DNA from: a virus
Taxonomy: Duplodnaviria; Caudoviricetes
Reading direction: 5' to 3' (one strand)
DNA: 64,000 nucleotides
Virus record (IMG/VR): IMGVR_UViG_3300029288_002061
Coordinates: 42,040-106,039 of that record
Both the position numbers and the translations under genes were made by a program. Below are positions 38,080 to 47,042 of this stretch, piece after piece (the stretch's first letter is position 1; each line of letters begins with the position of its first letter). A model generated the notes under the pieces. That model had not been told where the DNA came from. It saw only the letters and a program-made list of their open reading frames with translations, and did not search any database.

Positions 38080-38253
38080 ATGGATAGCCGCGATTATAGG
38101 GGTGACAGGGATATTGGTATGGGTGGTGATATAGGAGAAGATATGGATATAGAGGATATGGAGTTAGCAGAGGATTATATAGCCGCCGTTTTTGGTGTTT
38201 GGGAATCCGCTTCTGAGGATGGTTATTTTTTGGATACCCACGATATAGGGTAA
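38080..38253 (+). CDS. Small highly acidic protein
   Basis: GAGAGGA RBS and ATG 38080; 57 aa, D/E-rich. Confidence 0.45.
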   Translation: MDSRDYRGDRDIGMGGDIGEDMDIEDMELAEDYIAAVFGVWESASEDGYFLDTHDIG

Positions 38254-38265
38254 GGAGGATTTACC

Positions 38266-38421
38266 GTGATAAGGGATTTCTTGAATGATATAGCCGATAA
38301 GGGTGTTGAGTTTCTACAGCGCCACGAAAGTCTTGAATTTATGGCTTTCTGTTGTATGGGAATAGCTCTATTGCCGTTTTTGACTATCGGGTATGTATGT
38401 TCCCGCTTTTCTGGTAAATGA
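38266..38421 (+). CDS. Small putative membrane protein (51 aa)
   Basis: AGGAGG then GTG; MIRDFLNDIADKG...FMAFCCMGIALLPFLTIGYVC; not in the track. Confidence 0.55.
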   Translation: MIRDFLNDIADKGVEFLQRHESLEFMAFCCMGIALLPFLTIGYVCSRFSGK

Positions 38422-38438
38422 CTGCATACGTATGCAGT
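38421..38438. repeat. Palindrome copy 10 (perfect, between convergent genes)
   Basis: ACTGCATACGTATGCAGT. Confidence 0.95.
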
Positions 38439-38439
38439 T

Positions 38440-39945
38440 TCAAGTATCCTGTGGTAGCCAGTTCTTTCCTTTACATGCCGCGATATTGAAGCTTTCCCAC
38501 AGGTTGCTATCCTGAAAGGTGAAGTGACCTGTTCCTTTTTTATACAGCCTGAAATCAAAAAATTCACTTTTTCCAAATAAACACCTCTCTTTACAGGCCG
38601 CTTCTATGGATTCAGAGGTCTTTTTGATGGTATCGAAAGATTTTCCGCTCAAAAAGCACAATCCACGGTCGATATCGTTCAATTTTTGGGTCTGGTTCCA
38701 CGATATATGGGGTGTCCCGAATGTCCAATCTACTACAAATGGTAGGATAATCTTCTTATTCACCCGCCAGAAATCGTTTGTTTTCCATCCTTCTACATGG
38801 ATACGATTTTCCTTATAATATTTTGTCATAAGGTCAAAGGCTTCTATGATAGCCGCCTCGCCGATCTTGTTAGTGTTCAAAAACAGGGTATCCAAGAGCT
38901 TTATGACATTTTGCTGACTGAATTCTATGGAATACTGGCTTTGTTGAAGTTTCCGGAATTCTGTTTTGACACCTTCGGTCATAAATCGTTCCATTTGGGT
39001 AGTTCCAAAGACAGTTTCCCACGCGGCGCGGCGCAAGTCATTGACAAACACATTGAAAGACTGCTTATAGACATCTTGGAAATCCTTTTTTGTAGCTATT
39101 CCGGATAGCTTTGTGGATCCCATAAAATTACAGAAGGCTTCTTGTACCGTTCCATGGCGGCTTCCCTCGGAATCACCCGCCATATTCCGACCGAATTGGC
39201 TTCCGCACAAAGAAAGCTCATAGAGGGATTTATAGGCGGTTTTGAAGGCTTCTAGTGTGGCATGATAAGCATCTTCCATAGAGGCTATTACATCCCGCTT
39301 TGCCAGCATGTTCTCTACCGTATCCGGGGCGGAATCGTCAATCCTACTCTTTTGGAATCCATTGGTGGAAAACAGGTCATTAATCCCGCTCAATTCCTTT
39401 TTGCTAAGGCGGATAATGGATACCTCTACCTGAGTCTTCCGTTCCGCGTCTTCAAATGCTTTCCCGGCATCCTCTACAGAACCATCATTGTCTTGAATGA
39501 TCCGCGCCAAGAGCTTCCGTTGCTCTGTATAGGGATTCCGGAAAACTTCAGACGGCAGGATAGCTACGAGATCGCCCGCTTTCAGGATGTCCCAAGCGTG
39601 CAACACATGTTCAACCCCGTGGGAAAATGGTGGATTCATGATTATAAGGTCATACAGTATCCAACCGCCGGAATAGCTAAGGAAGTCATCCCCGACAATG
39701 CGGAAGTCTTTATCTGATAGAATACTTCTCAATTCATAGTCAATTTCACAACAATGGATATTCCTTGCCCTGTATTCCCTTCGGGAAAAGCATCTATCGG
39801 TTTGGTCAAGGATAAAATCAGCAATGTTTCCATTACCTGCGGATGGTTCTAGTATAGTCATGTCTGATAAGGCTTCCCGGCTGTATCGTGATAACATCCG
39901 GGAGATAAGAGCTTCTGGTGTGGGATAAAAGTCATTTTCAAGCAT
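38440..39945 (-). CDS. N6-adenine-type DNA methyltransferase (DUF4942-like C-terminus)
   Basis: DFYPTP, ILEPSAGNG and IIMNPPF motifs; YKKGTGHFTF end. Confidence 0.85.
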   Translation of the reverse strand: MLENDFYPTPEALISRMLSRYSREALSDMTILEPSAGNGNIADFILDQTDRCFSRREYRARNIHCCEIDYELRSILSDKDFRIVGDDFLSYSGGWILYDLIIMNPPFSHGVEHVLHAWDILKAGDLVAILPSEVFRNPYTEQRKLLARIIQDNDGSVEDAGKAFEDAERKTQVEVSIIRLSKKELSGINDLFSTNGFQKSRIDDSAPDTVENMLAKRDVIASMEDAYHATLEAFKTAYKSLYELSLCGSQFGRNMAGDSEGSRHGTVQEAFCNFMGSTKLSGIATKKDFQDVYKQSFNVFVNDLRRAAWETVFGTTQMERFMTEGVKTEFRKLQQSQYSIEFSQQNVIKLLDTLFLNTNKIGEAAIIEAFDLMTKYYKENRIHVEGWKTNDFWRVNKKIILPFVVDWTFGTPHISWNQTQKLNDIDRGLCFLSGKSFDTIKKTSESIEAACKERCLFGKSEFFDFRLYKKGTGHFTFQDSNLWESFNIAACKGKNWLPQDT

Positions 39946-40296
39946 TTATTCCGCTCTTTCTAGGATCTTTTCCCGGATCTTTAAGACTGTTTTCTTCTCT
40001 TTTTCGGTAAGGTCTCTTATATAACCTAATTCATAAAGAGGTGAACCGGATTTTGTAGACATGAAGACAACCGCCGTTTTAATCCTTGTCATTACCATGG
40101 CAATATAAAAGGTATCTCCGTTAGCTGAAAGTGCTTCACCCGCGCTATTTATGGCTTTTTCTTGTGACTCCCATATATAACGAATAATAGTTCCTATTGC
40201 TGACGCTTCCTGTATCTGATCATAACAGACTGGATCGTATACGACCCAACCTATAGCTTCCCACATGTTTTCTTCTGTAAGTTCTTTATTATCCAT
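39946..40296 (-). CDS. Small early protein, divergent DP-family member
   Basis: SPLYELG...LTEKEK. Confidence 0.55.
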   Translation of the reverse strand: MDNKELTEENMWEAIGWVVYDPVCYDQIQEASAIGTIIRYIWESQEKAINSAGEALSANGDTFYIAMVMTRIKTAVVFMSTKSGSPLYELGYIRDLTEKEKKTVLKIREKILERAE

Positions 40297-40299
40297 GAC

Positions 40300-40575
40300 T
40301 TACTCTCTTACAAAGGTCAATTCTTCCACTTTACACTGGATTTCTTCAAAATGCTCGCCGTTTGGACCTGAAAGAATAAACCGGACCTTGACAATGCCTT
40401 TTCCAAAAGCGGTAAAAGAATCACTGACAACCCCGGTTTTTCCCATAAGAGAGACCTTATCCCCAACTGCGAAGGGATTTGGATCGTGTTCCGTCAATTT
40501 AATGACTGTCGTAAGACATAGCATACAGACAACAACAAATATTGCTAAACCTACCACCATATCCCAGATTGTCAT
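40300..40575 (-). CDS. Small membrane-anchored protein
   Basis: N-terminal TM segment; FAVGDKV. Confidence 0.55.
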   Translation of the reverse strand: MTIWDMVVGLAIFVVVCMLCLTTVIKLTEHDPNPFAVGDKVSLMGKTGVVSDSFTAFGKGIVKVRFILSGPNGEHFEEIQCKVEELTFVRE

Positions 40576-40946
40576 TATGTATTCCTTTCTGTTACAAATC
40601 TTTTTTCAGCAGGCGTTAGTGTTCTATAATGGCTCCGTTTTCTCCTGAAATAGTCTCCATGCTCTTTCAGTACCATACCTCCTATGGTTTCTCTATACAG
40701 CAGGATATCGTCAATATGGAGTGCCACAAGAAGCGGATCCGCCCCGGAAAGATAATTCCGAAGATGCAAAAGAACCGATATACATGAATAATAGGAATCA
40801 AGCGGAACCGGTTCCGATTTTGTAGAATCAAGGGTTTCCGGGAGCATATACCGCATTCCGGTACTTTTCCACCTCGGTAAGCGTCTACCCGTCATAAGCC
40901 TTCTTTTTCCGCGTTTTGCGGTAAGGGCTTTAGTTATGTTAGTCAT
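40575..40946 (-). CDS. DP-family small protein
   Basis: DPLLVAL...LTPAEK. Confidence 0.6.
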   Translation of the reverse strand: MTNITKALTAKRGKRRLMTGRRLPRWKSTGMRYMLPETLDSTKSEPVPLDSYYSCISVLLHLRNYLSGADPLLVALHIDDILLYRETIGGMVLKEHGDYFRRKRSHYRTLTPAEKRFVTERNT

Positions 40947-41235
40947 AAGCCAGCCGCCTTATCAGGAAAGCCTTTTCTTTTTTAGTCAATAGTAGCTTCT
41001 TTGGCTTATTATAAGATCGCGGCGCACCTATACTTATATGCCAGAACTCCTTAGCAAGCGGTTTTGGTTGTAATACAAAAAAGAAGCATCTTGGGAAGTC
41101 CATAGCCGCCACAAAAGGGTCTATTTTGGTATTCAATAGAGCAGCTAGCCGCGTCCCGTAGGAATGTGGCATGGTTTCTCCATTGATAACGAAAAACCAA
41201 CGAGCATATTGTCCTTTTTTAGGCTGTTTTCTCAT
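40939..41235 (-). CDS. DP-family small protein
   Basis: IDPFVAAMDF...LTKKEKAFLIRR. Confidence 0.65.
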   Translation of the reverse strand: MRKQPKKGQYARWFFVINGETMPHSYGTRLAALLNTKIDPFVAAMDFPRCFFFVLQPKPLAKEFWHISIGAPRSYNKPKKLLLTKKEKAFLIRRLAYD

Positions 41236-41236
41236 A

Positions 41237-41587
41237 TTAAATCTCTTTATTCAACCTTCGGATAAGGAATTGTTTTTCTTTGTTTGTCAACATAACCTTT
41301 TTTGTTTTTTGCCTAAATGAATAGCCATACTTAACACCGGGAAATCCTTGGGCTTGCATTATCCCTGATAGCACGTCATCTTTTACTTTTAGGCTACATT
41401 TGAATACCGTTTTCTGGAGATAACAGCCCCGAAAGTCAAGAGCGGCTACAAAGGGGTCTATTTCTGTACACATTAAAGCTTCTAACCGAGATGTTTGTGC
41501 CGCGTAATGACTACACGCCTCCACAAAAGACCATAGTTGTGTCGTCCGGCGGGTTATTTTCATCCGTTTTGACCTAGAACGCTTCAT
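41237..41587 (-). CDS. DP-family small protein
   Basis: IDPFVAALDF...LTNKEKQFLIRR. Confidence 0.65.
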   Translation of the reverse strand: MKRSRSKRMKITRRTTQLWSFVEACSHYAAQTSRLEALMCTEIDPFVAALDFRGCYLQKTVFKCSLKVKDDVLSGIMQAQGFPGVKYGYSFRQKTKKVMLTNKEKQFLIRRLNKEI

Positions 41588-41598
41588 GTTTCACCCTT

Positions 41599-41616
41599 TT
41601 TGCAGACGTATGCAGT
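41599..41616. repeat. Palindrome copy 11 (intergenic, reverse orientation)
   Basis: TTTGCAGACGTATGCAGT. Confidence 0.9.
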
Positions 41617-41696
41617 CCTAAATAGCAGGATTCTTATGGTTTCTTTGAAAAAGATCGGGAAATTCCGTTTTCTGACAGCAGTATTGTTAGGGTACT

Positions 41697-42089
41697 CTAC
41701 CAAAGTGTCCATGATACATCTTTCGCTTCGATAGTAGCATTAGATACATTATAGCCTATACATTCATGGTTTACGCTGATACTGTATTCACGATTGTCTG
41801 AACATAGACTATTTACAAAATCAAAAACAGAAGCAAACGGACGACAGGGAAAACACTGTACAACATGTCCTACTCCACATAAATCTATTTTTAGGATATC
41901 TGGATATATAGGTATTTCAGGATAACTTTCCCGGCCAACTATCCGCATATGAGGCATTTTAAAAGCATATTCGACCGAATCACGATACCTTGCCTGTGCC
42001 AGAAGGCAATAAAATATTGCCGCGCCCTCTGATTTGCAGAGTAAGACGGTCTTTTTATCATCAAGATCGATATATTCAAGACGGAACAT
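41697..42089 (-). CDS. Hypothetical protein
   Basis: RBS; operon packing. Confidence 0.5.
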   Translation of the reverse strand: MFRLEYIDLDDKKTVLLCKSEGAAIFYCLLAQARYRDSVEYAFKMPHMRIVGRESYPEIPIYPDILKIDLCGVGHVVQCFPCRPFASVFDFVNSLCSDNREYSISVNHECIGYNVSNATIEAKDVSWTLW

Positions 42090-42091
42090 GA

Positions 42092-42523
42092 CTATTCCTT
42101 AGATTTCAGGCTTTTCTTGATTTCTTTAAGCCGCTTATATGCGACGGAAGACTTCCACGATAAATCGGAATCCTTTGCTTCACAGAAAGCATCCGATACA
42201 AGCGTTGAAAGACTGTCATAGAGGTCTTCTACCGGCCTCCGCTCTTCAATGGTCTTGAGAAGCGTCCGCTTTAGCAGGATAGCCTTTGGGGATAGTTCTG
42301 AATCATCCGCCAGAGCGTATTCCCGCCAATTTGAGCGGATAGCTTCATACAGTTCCTCCCGGAGATTGAACAGTTTCTTGGAATAAACGTCAATACCCAG
42401 TGACTTGCAGCGGATTACATAGAATCCGCCGTCTTCTTTGATTTGGAACGTCTTTGTCTTCTTGAATACCAGAACGGTCTTACCGAAGGGTACTGTGCTT
42501 ACCGGCAATGGAATTGATTTCAC
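42092..42523 (-). CDS. Hypothetical protein, possible HicB-like fold
   Basis: IKEDGGFYVIRCKSLGI...W.EYA; weak resemblance only. Confidence 0.45.
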   Translation of the reverse strand: MKSIPLPVSTVPFGKTVLVFKKTKTFQIKEDGGFYVIRCKSLGIDVYSKKLFNLREELYEAIRSNWREYALADDSELSPKAILLKRTLLKTIEERRPVEDLYDSLSTLVSDAFCEAKDSDLSWKSSVAYKRLKEIKKSLKSKE

Positions 42524-42534
42524 GGTGTTTTCTC

Positions 42535-42777
42535 CTAGAAGTCTTCAGGTACTGCCGCAATGACATAGGATCCTCCGCTTTTTGTCCTGACGCGGGAGAT
42601 CTTACCGTAAAAATGGATGTAACTTTTACTGAATTCGTCCCGGTCAAGCAATTCTACCGCTTCAATATACTCGGTATTCAGGACAACCGTATCATTTGAA
42701 GGGAAAAAGCCGAAGACTTGCTTGCCGTCCCGCTTTTCATAGACATACTGAGCTTTCTTAAACAGTCTCATAGCCAT
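42535..42777 (-). CDS. Hypothetical protein
   Basis: Overlapping start/stop in the operon. Confidence 0.5.
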   Translation of the reverse strand: MAMRLFKKAQYVYEKRDGKQVFGFFPSNDTVVLNTEYIEAVELLDRDEFSKSYIHFYGKISRVRTKSGGSYVIAAVPEDF

Positions 42778-43031
42778 TTCTTAACCCTTTCATCCTGTTT
42801 CAGGATATCATAAACGTGTTTGATAGCCACAACCAGACAAAACTGGCCGAAAAAGAATGTTGCAACCCCCACAGTGGCCATAAGCATCGCAGAAAGGTAC
42901 ACAAACAGGAACATGGCGAAAGAATCGTAGTTCCTCCACCAAAGTGAAAGGGATTCCCCCAGATAGCACATAAGGGAGCATACACAGAGACTTGCCGCCC
43001 CGCCGATAAACCAAAGGATAGCTTTTTTCAT
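42768..43031 (-). CDS. Small membrane protein
   Basis: Two hydrophobic segments; AGGAGG RBS. Confidence 0.6.
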   Translation of the reverse strand: MKKAILWFIGGAASLCVCSLMCYLGESLSLWWRNYDSFAMFLFVYLSAMLMATVGVATFFFGQFCLVVAIKHVYDILKQDERVKKWL

Positions 43032-43043
43032 AGTGGAATCCTC

Positions 43044-43325
43044 CTAGTAAACGTCTTCCCGTTTTTGGGCTGCCTTGGAGACATAAACCGGTTCATTGAG
43101 CGATTCAATGACTTCCGCCGGATAGTCAACCTTGTCCAGTGTTACAGTCTTGCCGTCAAATGCTTCATAGGGAGCGCGATATACCCAGCGTCCCCCGTCT
43201 TTCGGGATGATATAAACATATCCATCCGATTCCTTCAAAACTACGGCCTTGCGTTCGGTCTTCTTGCCAAAGAATTCAACCCCCGACAAGAGGTTATTCA
43301 TGATATCCGTACTGACTCCGGCCAT
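43044..43325 (-). CDS. Hypothetical protein
   Basis: TGATG coupling with the upstream gene. Confidence 0.55.
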   Translation of the reverse strand: MAGVSTDIMNNLLSGVEFFGKKTERKAVVLKESDGYVYIIPKDGGRWVYRAPYEAFDGKTVTLDKVDYPAEVIESLNEPVYVSKAAQKREDVY

Positions 43326-43516
43326 CAGGCACCCACTTTCTGAATTCGGTTTTCAAGTTCCCTCAAATCGGAAAACGCCATGTCAACTTCATGGTCTTCA
43401 CTTCCGGATTCGGCTTCGTCTTCCGCCTCATAATAGATTTCAACGATTTCGGCTTTGTGTTCGGGATACTTCTGAATGAGCGCCTTGCAATGCTTTGCCA
43501 AATCAGTAAGCCGCAT
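43325..43516 (-). CDS. Small acidic early protein
   Basis: Start MRLTDL after AAAGGGG; first gene after the promoter at 43577. Confidence 0.6.
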   Translation of the reverse strand: MRLTDLAKHCKALIQKYPEHKAEIVEIYYEAEDEAESGSEDHEVDMAFSDLRELENRIQKVGA

Positions 43517-43576
43517 GATTATCCCCTTTCTCTTGTTTGTGAGCGTTCGCGCTCGCTTGTTTGATCTTACACTTTT

Positions 43577-43605
43577 AATATACAGCACAAACAAGCATTA
43601 GTCAA
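43577..43605 (-). promoter_or_regulatory. sigma70-type early promoter
   Basis: TTGACT-N17-TATATT with upstream TTTTTCTC. Confidence 0.8.
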
Positions 43606-43622
43606 GAGAAAAATGAGAATTT

Positions 43623-43937
43623 TTATTCGTTATTTCTCCTCTTAAGTATTTGGGCTGTTTCATCCGCCGTCAAACGGTGGATTCTAAGGCCGTTTCTTAC
43701 CAGATATACAGCCGGATACCCGATAGCTAATTCCATAGGGTCGAGTTGATTTACTCTTTCAGTAAGATAGTCAATACACTTTTGTCTTGTACGTTCCGCC
43801 GTCCAGAATTCACGACCCTCCATCTGGACTTCCCACGGATAGTCATGGACACAAAAGCTATACACAAAGGTATCCAATAGACACCTGAGCGGATGTAATA
43901 GAGTCTTGGCCGCGCCTTTAAGGGTTTGTTTCAGCAC
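43623..43937 (-). CDS. DP-family small protein
   Basis: LDPMELAIG...LTADE. Confidence 0.6.
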   Translation of the reverse strand: MLKQTLKGAAKTLLHPLRCLLDTFVYSFCVHDYPWEVQMEGREFWTAERTRQKCIDYLTERVNQLDPMELAIGYPAVYLVRNGLRIHRLTADETAQILKRRNNE

Positions 43938-44148
43938 AATCTATCCCCATAATCCGGTTAAGATGCTCTTCTGATATCTTTTCTAGCCGCCCGTTATAGC
44001 TTATTTTAACCTCTTCCATAGCAAATAGAAGCGGTTCTAGCTGCCCGTCCCGGACAAGTATCCTCAGATAGTCTATAACCGAACCCATATGGGTAAAGCG
44101 GATGATATTACCCCGTCCGATTCTTACCGCAAATTTGTGCTTAGCCAT
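43918..44148 (-). CDS. DP-family small protein
   Basis: DGQLEPLLFAMEEVKI. Confidence 0.6.
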   Translation of the reverse strand: MAKHKFAVRIGRGNIIRFTHMGSVIDYLRILVRDGQLEPLLFAMEEVKISYNGRLEKISEEHLNRIMGIDCAETNP

Positions 44149-44154
44149 CCTGTT

Positions 44155-44406
44155 CTAATCCTCATCACTCCCGACGATGTATTCTAGATCATCTTTGGAT
44201 AATGTTACTGGCTCCCCGCGATTAAATACCTTAACTTCTCCCATAGCAAGCAACAAAGGATCTACAACCCCGTCTTTGAGCAATCTCCTGATGTTTTTCA
44301 AAGCATCCTTAAAGGTCTTATATCGAGGTCTTGCGCTACCAAAGCTAACCGTGTATGGAAGGGCTTCGTCCAGAACGGATTGTGGAATCTGAAAGGGGTT
44401 ATCCAT
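44155..44406 (-). CDS. DP-family small protein
   Basis: DGVVDPLLLAMGEVKV. Confidence 0.6.
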   Translation of the reverse strand: MDNPFQIPQSVLDEALPYTVSFGSARPRYKTFKDALKNIRRLLKDGVVDPLLLAMGEVKVFNRGEPVTLSKDDLEYIVGSDED

Positions 44407-44683
44407 GATGTTTTAGTCCTTTGGCTATATAGGCGATTTCTGATGGTGTTAGCCGCTCTTTTACTGGGTTTCCGTCTTCATCCTTGACATAAGTATTAAC
44501 AAGGAATGTTTCCGGCATTCCCATAGCAATATACAGTGGTTCATATAGGTCTGCATGGACGCGGATATGATTTAAGGCGGATTCCCGCAAACGATGTCCT
44601 GAGCTACTATTGTGTGAGCATACAACGTCCCACTGACCTTTAGAGACGTTTTCCCATGCCAAACTATCCTTTTTCTTACTCAC
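44399..44683 (-). CDS. DP-family small protein
   Basis: YEPLYIAMG...LTPSE. Confidence 0.6.
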   Translation of the reverse strand: MSKKKDSLAWENVSKGQWDVVCSHNSSSGHRLRESALNHIRVHADLYEPLYIAMGMPETFLVNTYVKDEDGNPVKERLTPSEIAYIAKGLKHHG

Positions 44684-44695
44684 TTTTCACCCCTG

Positions 44696-44713
44696 ACTGC
44701 ATACGTATGCAGT
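44696..44713. repeat. Palindrome copy 12 (perfect, intergenic)
   Basis: g-ACTGCATACGTATGCAGT-c. Confidence 0.95.
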
Positions 44714-44843
44714 CCTTTTTCTGTATTTATCTTAAATTATTTTACTAACTCTTTATACCATAATGACTTATGACTTCTACTATTTAGGAATATGCAGAAT
44801 CTTTAGCTCTAATATACCCCACAATAGTGTTTTTAGCAAGGTT

Positions 44844-45187
44844 TTATGTCAATTCCGGCTGTTTTTGGTCGGAATTATTCAGATTTTCAGGATTAAAAGT
44901 TAAACTCCCCACAATATCGGAATAGAGATCGAACCGGATAAGTCCTGAGAGGATATAGTCATCCGTAACCACAACAAGGACATATTTGTTCTGGTTTACC
45001 ATAAATTCTAGTGGATCCTTGACTATACCGATCTTTTTTCTCGGTCAAAGATATCTTGGATTGCCGCATCGAAAGAACTCTTAAACCGACTTTTTCTAAA
45101 ATAAAAAGAAGACTTTATAACATTATCCCCTATATCGAACCCCTTTATTGCCGGTGATTCAATATCAACAATGGCGTATTTACTCAT
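44844..45187 (-). pseudogene. DP-family gene frameshifted at an A6 run
   Basis: Adding one A to GAAAAAAG (about 45033-45040) gives a 114-aa ORF continuing ...KIGIVKDPLEFMVNQNKYVL... to TAA 44844. Confidence 0.6.
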
Positions 45188-45485
45188 GGTCAAGTCCTGT
45201 TTCATCCAGCCGATTTATTGAGATAAGAATACCTTCCGCAAAAGCGGATCCGTCCTTGACTACTTTCCACGTAAGAAGCATATATGAATCCAAGGACAAT
45301 GCGAATTCAAACGGGTCATCATGAAAATCCCGAGTATAAGCGTCTATGGCTTTTTGTGCGGAATCAACATAATACTTTCTAAATAGATTATCATCCTGAT
45401 AACCTATTTTCCAGTTTATAAAGCCTTTGGCGTCTTTTGGGACTACCCTATACAGATAATCCGGCTTACCGTCGATATAATTCAT
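45180..45485 (-). CDS. DP-family small protein
   Basis: DSAQKAI...DDPFEFALSLDSYML. Confidence 0.6.
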   Translation of the reverse strand: MNYIDGKPDYLYRVVPKDAKGFINWKIGYQDDNLFRKYYVDSAQKAIDAYTRDFHDDPFEFALSLDSYMLLTWKVVKDGSAFAEGILISINRLDETGLDHE

Positions 45486-45563
45486 TACTTATTCCACCTT
45501 AGGTGTTTATCACCGTAATAACCCTTATTACCCTTCGATAGCTTCAAGTGCTTCCGCTCCCAC

Positions 45564-45851
45564 TTAACCAATATCTACCGCGTCAAGCGCCGTAACACCT
45601 ACTATCATATAATCATTGTGTTCTTCGTCATATTGGACACTATACAACAGGAAATCCTGAAGTTTTAGCATGAAATAGAATGGGTCTCCTAAAGGTGTGT
45701 CAATGCGGGAGAACACTTCAAAATGCTTTTGTATAGCTTCATCAACACTATCGCGTAAGACTCTAGATAGGCAAACATCAGACGGAAAATGAGATCCTAC
45801 TTTATAATATGGGCTTTCGGAGCATCCTTTAACAGCAACTAGGTACTTCAT
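45564..45851 (-). CDS. DP-family small protein
   Basis: DSVDEAI...GDPFYFMLKLQDFLL. Confidence 0.6.
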   Translation of the reverse strand: MKYLVAVKGCSESPYYKVGSHFPSDVCLSRVLRDSVDEAIQKHFEVFSRIDTPLGDPFYFMLKLQDFLLYSVQYDEEHNDYMIVGVTALDAVDIG

Positions 45852-46672
45852 TCGTTTTCTCCTTCTTTCTTGCCGCCGTTGGCGGTCTGCATGATGAAGT
45901 CAACCACCTTGCACACCCGTGCCAGAACCGCAACACAAGCATCCGCCATGTTCTTATCGGTCTTTTCCGCCCAGTGGGTGATATACTCGTAAGCGCCGCC
46001 AATATCGGCCTCTTCGGCCTTGCCCAGCATGGTCAAGAGAACCGCGCCGCCAAGCTCTGCCACAACTTCGTTATAAGCATAGTCACCCTGCTTCTTGCCG
46101 ATAGTGCCAAGCTTATCATCGGCGGCATGCATCAATTCATGCGCCCATGTCGAGAGATTCTTAACTGCAAGAGTGATACCCTTGCCGAAAGTGTAGCAAC
46201 CGAGAGCTTCACCGTCTTTGCCGTTTTCGGCGTCAACCGTCAACCCCCACGCCTTTGCCACTTCAATCAGCGGGAGAGCGTCGATATACTGGGCAACGTC
46301 TTCGGCGGTCTTCGGGAGTTCCTTCCCTTCGGTCTGTTCAAGTCCGAACACCGGAACGCCCTTGAAGCCGTAGGTGATATAGCGGTCTTCACCCGCTTCA
46401 TTCGTGATCTTGCTCTTGAGCGGGGCAAGAATGTAGAACGCCTTTTCACCCTTCTTGACGTTCCGCCCGAGGTCTTTCCAGCCGTTGAACCCCATGGCAT
46501 CGGTATAGCCGTTCAGGGCGACGATGAAGCGATTCATAAGGCTATAACCCTTGGCATGATTGTCACGGCAACCCGCGATATACGCTTGCGCGATAGCGGC
46601 GGGAACGGTACCGGTCTGGAACGCATTGACGATCTTCGCCGCAACCTCTTCGCTCTTGCCGTAGAACTTCAT
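45848..46672 (-). CDS. ardC: ArdC-like antirestriction ssDNA-binding protein with a zincin-like domain
   Basis: YSLMN...GFNGWKDLGRNVKKGEKA..IL.P...FKGVPVFGLEQTEG; HELMH; YAYNEVVAELG. Confidence 0.8.
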   Translation of the reverse strand: MKFYGKSEEVAAKIVNAFQTGTVPAAIAQAYIAGCRDNHAKGYSLMNRFIVALNGYTDAMGFNGWKDLGRNVKKGEKAFYILAPLKSKITNEAGEDRYITYGFKGVPVFGLEQTEGKELPKTAEDVAQYIDALPLIEVAKAWGLTVDAENGKDGEALGCYTFGKGITLAVKNLSTWAHELMHAADDKLGTIGKKQGDYAYNEVVAELGGAVLLTMLGKAEEADIGGAYEYITHWAEKTDKNMADACVAVLARVCKVVDFIMQTANGGKKEGENE

Positions 46673-46728
46673 GATGATCCCCTTTCTTGAGTGTCGCGCC
46701 CCTTTGCGCGTTTTAATCTTACATATTG

Positions 46729-46757
46729 AATATACACTACAGAAGCTTGTTAGTCAA
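46729..46757 (-). promoter_or_regulatory. sigma70-type early promoter
   Basis: TTGACT-N17-TATATT; flanks nearly match the promoter at 43577. Confidence 0.8.
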
Positions 46758-46780
46758 GAGAAAAAACAGAATTTTATTAG

Positions 46781-46812
46781 AAAAAGAAAACCCCCGCATC
46801 TGCGAGGGTCTT
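46781..46812 (-). terminator. Intrinsic terminator
   Basis: ACCCTCGCA / TGCGGGGGT stem then TTTCTTTTT on the minus strand. Confidence 0.65.
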
Positions 46813-46814
46813 TG

Positions 46815-46832
46815 ACTGCATACGTCTGCAGT
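46815..46832. repeat. Palindrome copy 13 (intergenic)
   Basis: ACTGCATACGTCTGCAGT. Confidence 0.95.
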
Positions 46833-46841
46833 TTTGGTTAT

Positions 46842-47033
46842 TTATTCGGGGTTTTGTGGTATGAAATAGATGGTAATGCTTGTTAACTGCCCATCATCCT
46901 GCTTTTGCCACACCACAGAATCAACGGCGGAAAGGTTAATCCCCATGTAATTCGGAATAACATCCAGCGGGAGAGGACACTTATCAAAATCAACCTCAAA
47001 ACACCCGCCGATATCAATTCGGTTTGTTTCCAT
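46842..47033 (-). CDS. Small hypothetical protein
   Basis: AGGAG RBS. Confidence 0.5.
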   Translation of the reverse strand: METNRIDIGGCFEVDFDKCPLPLDVIPNYMGINLSAVDSVVWQKQDDGQLTSITIYFIPQNPE

Positions 47034-47042
47034 GTGGTTCTC

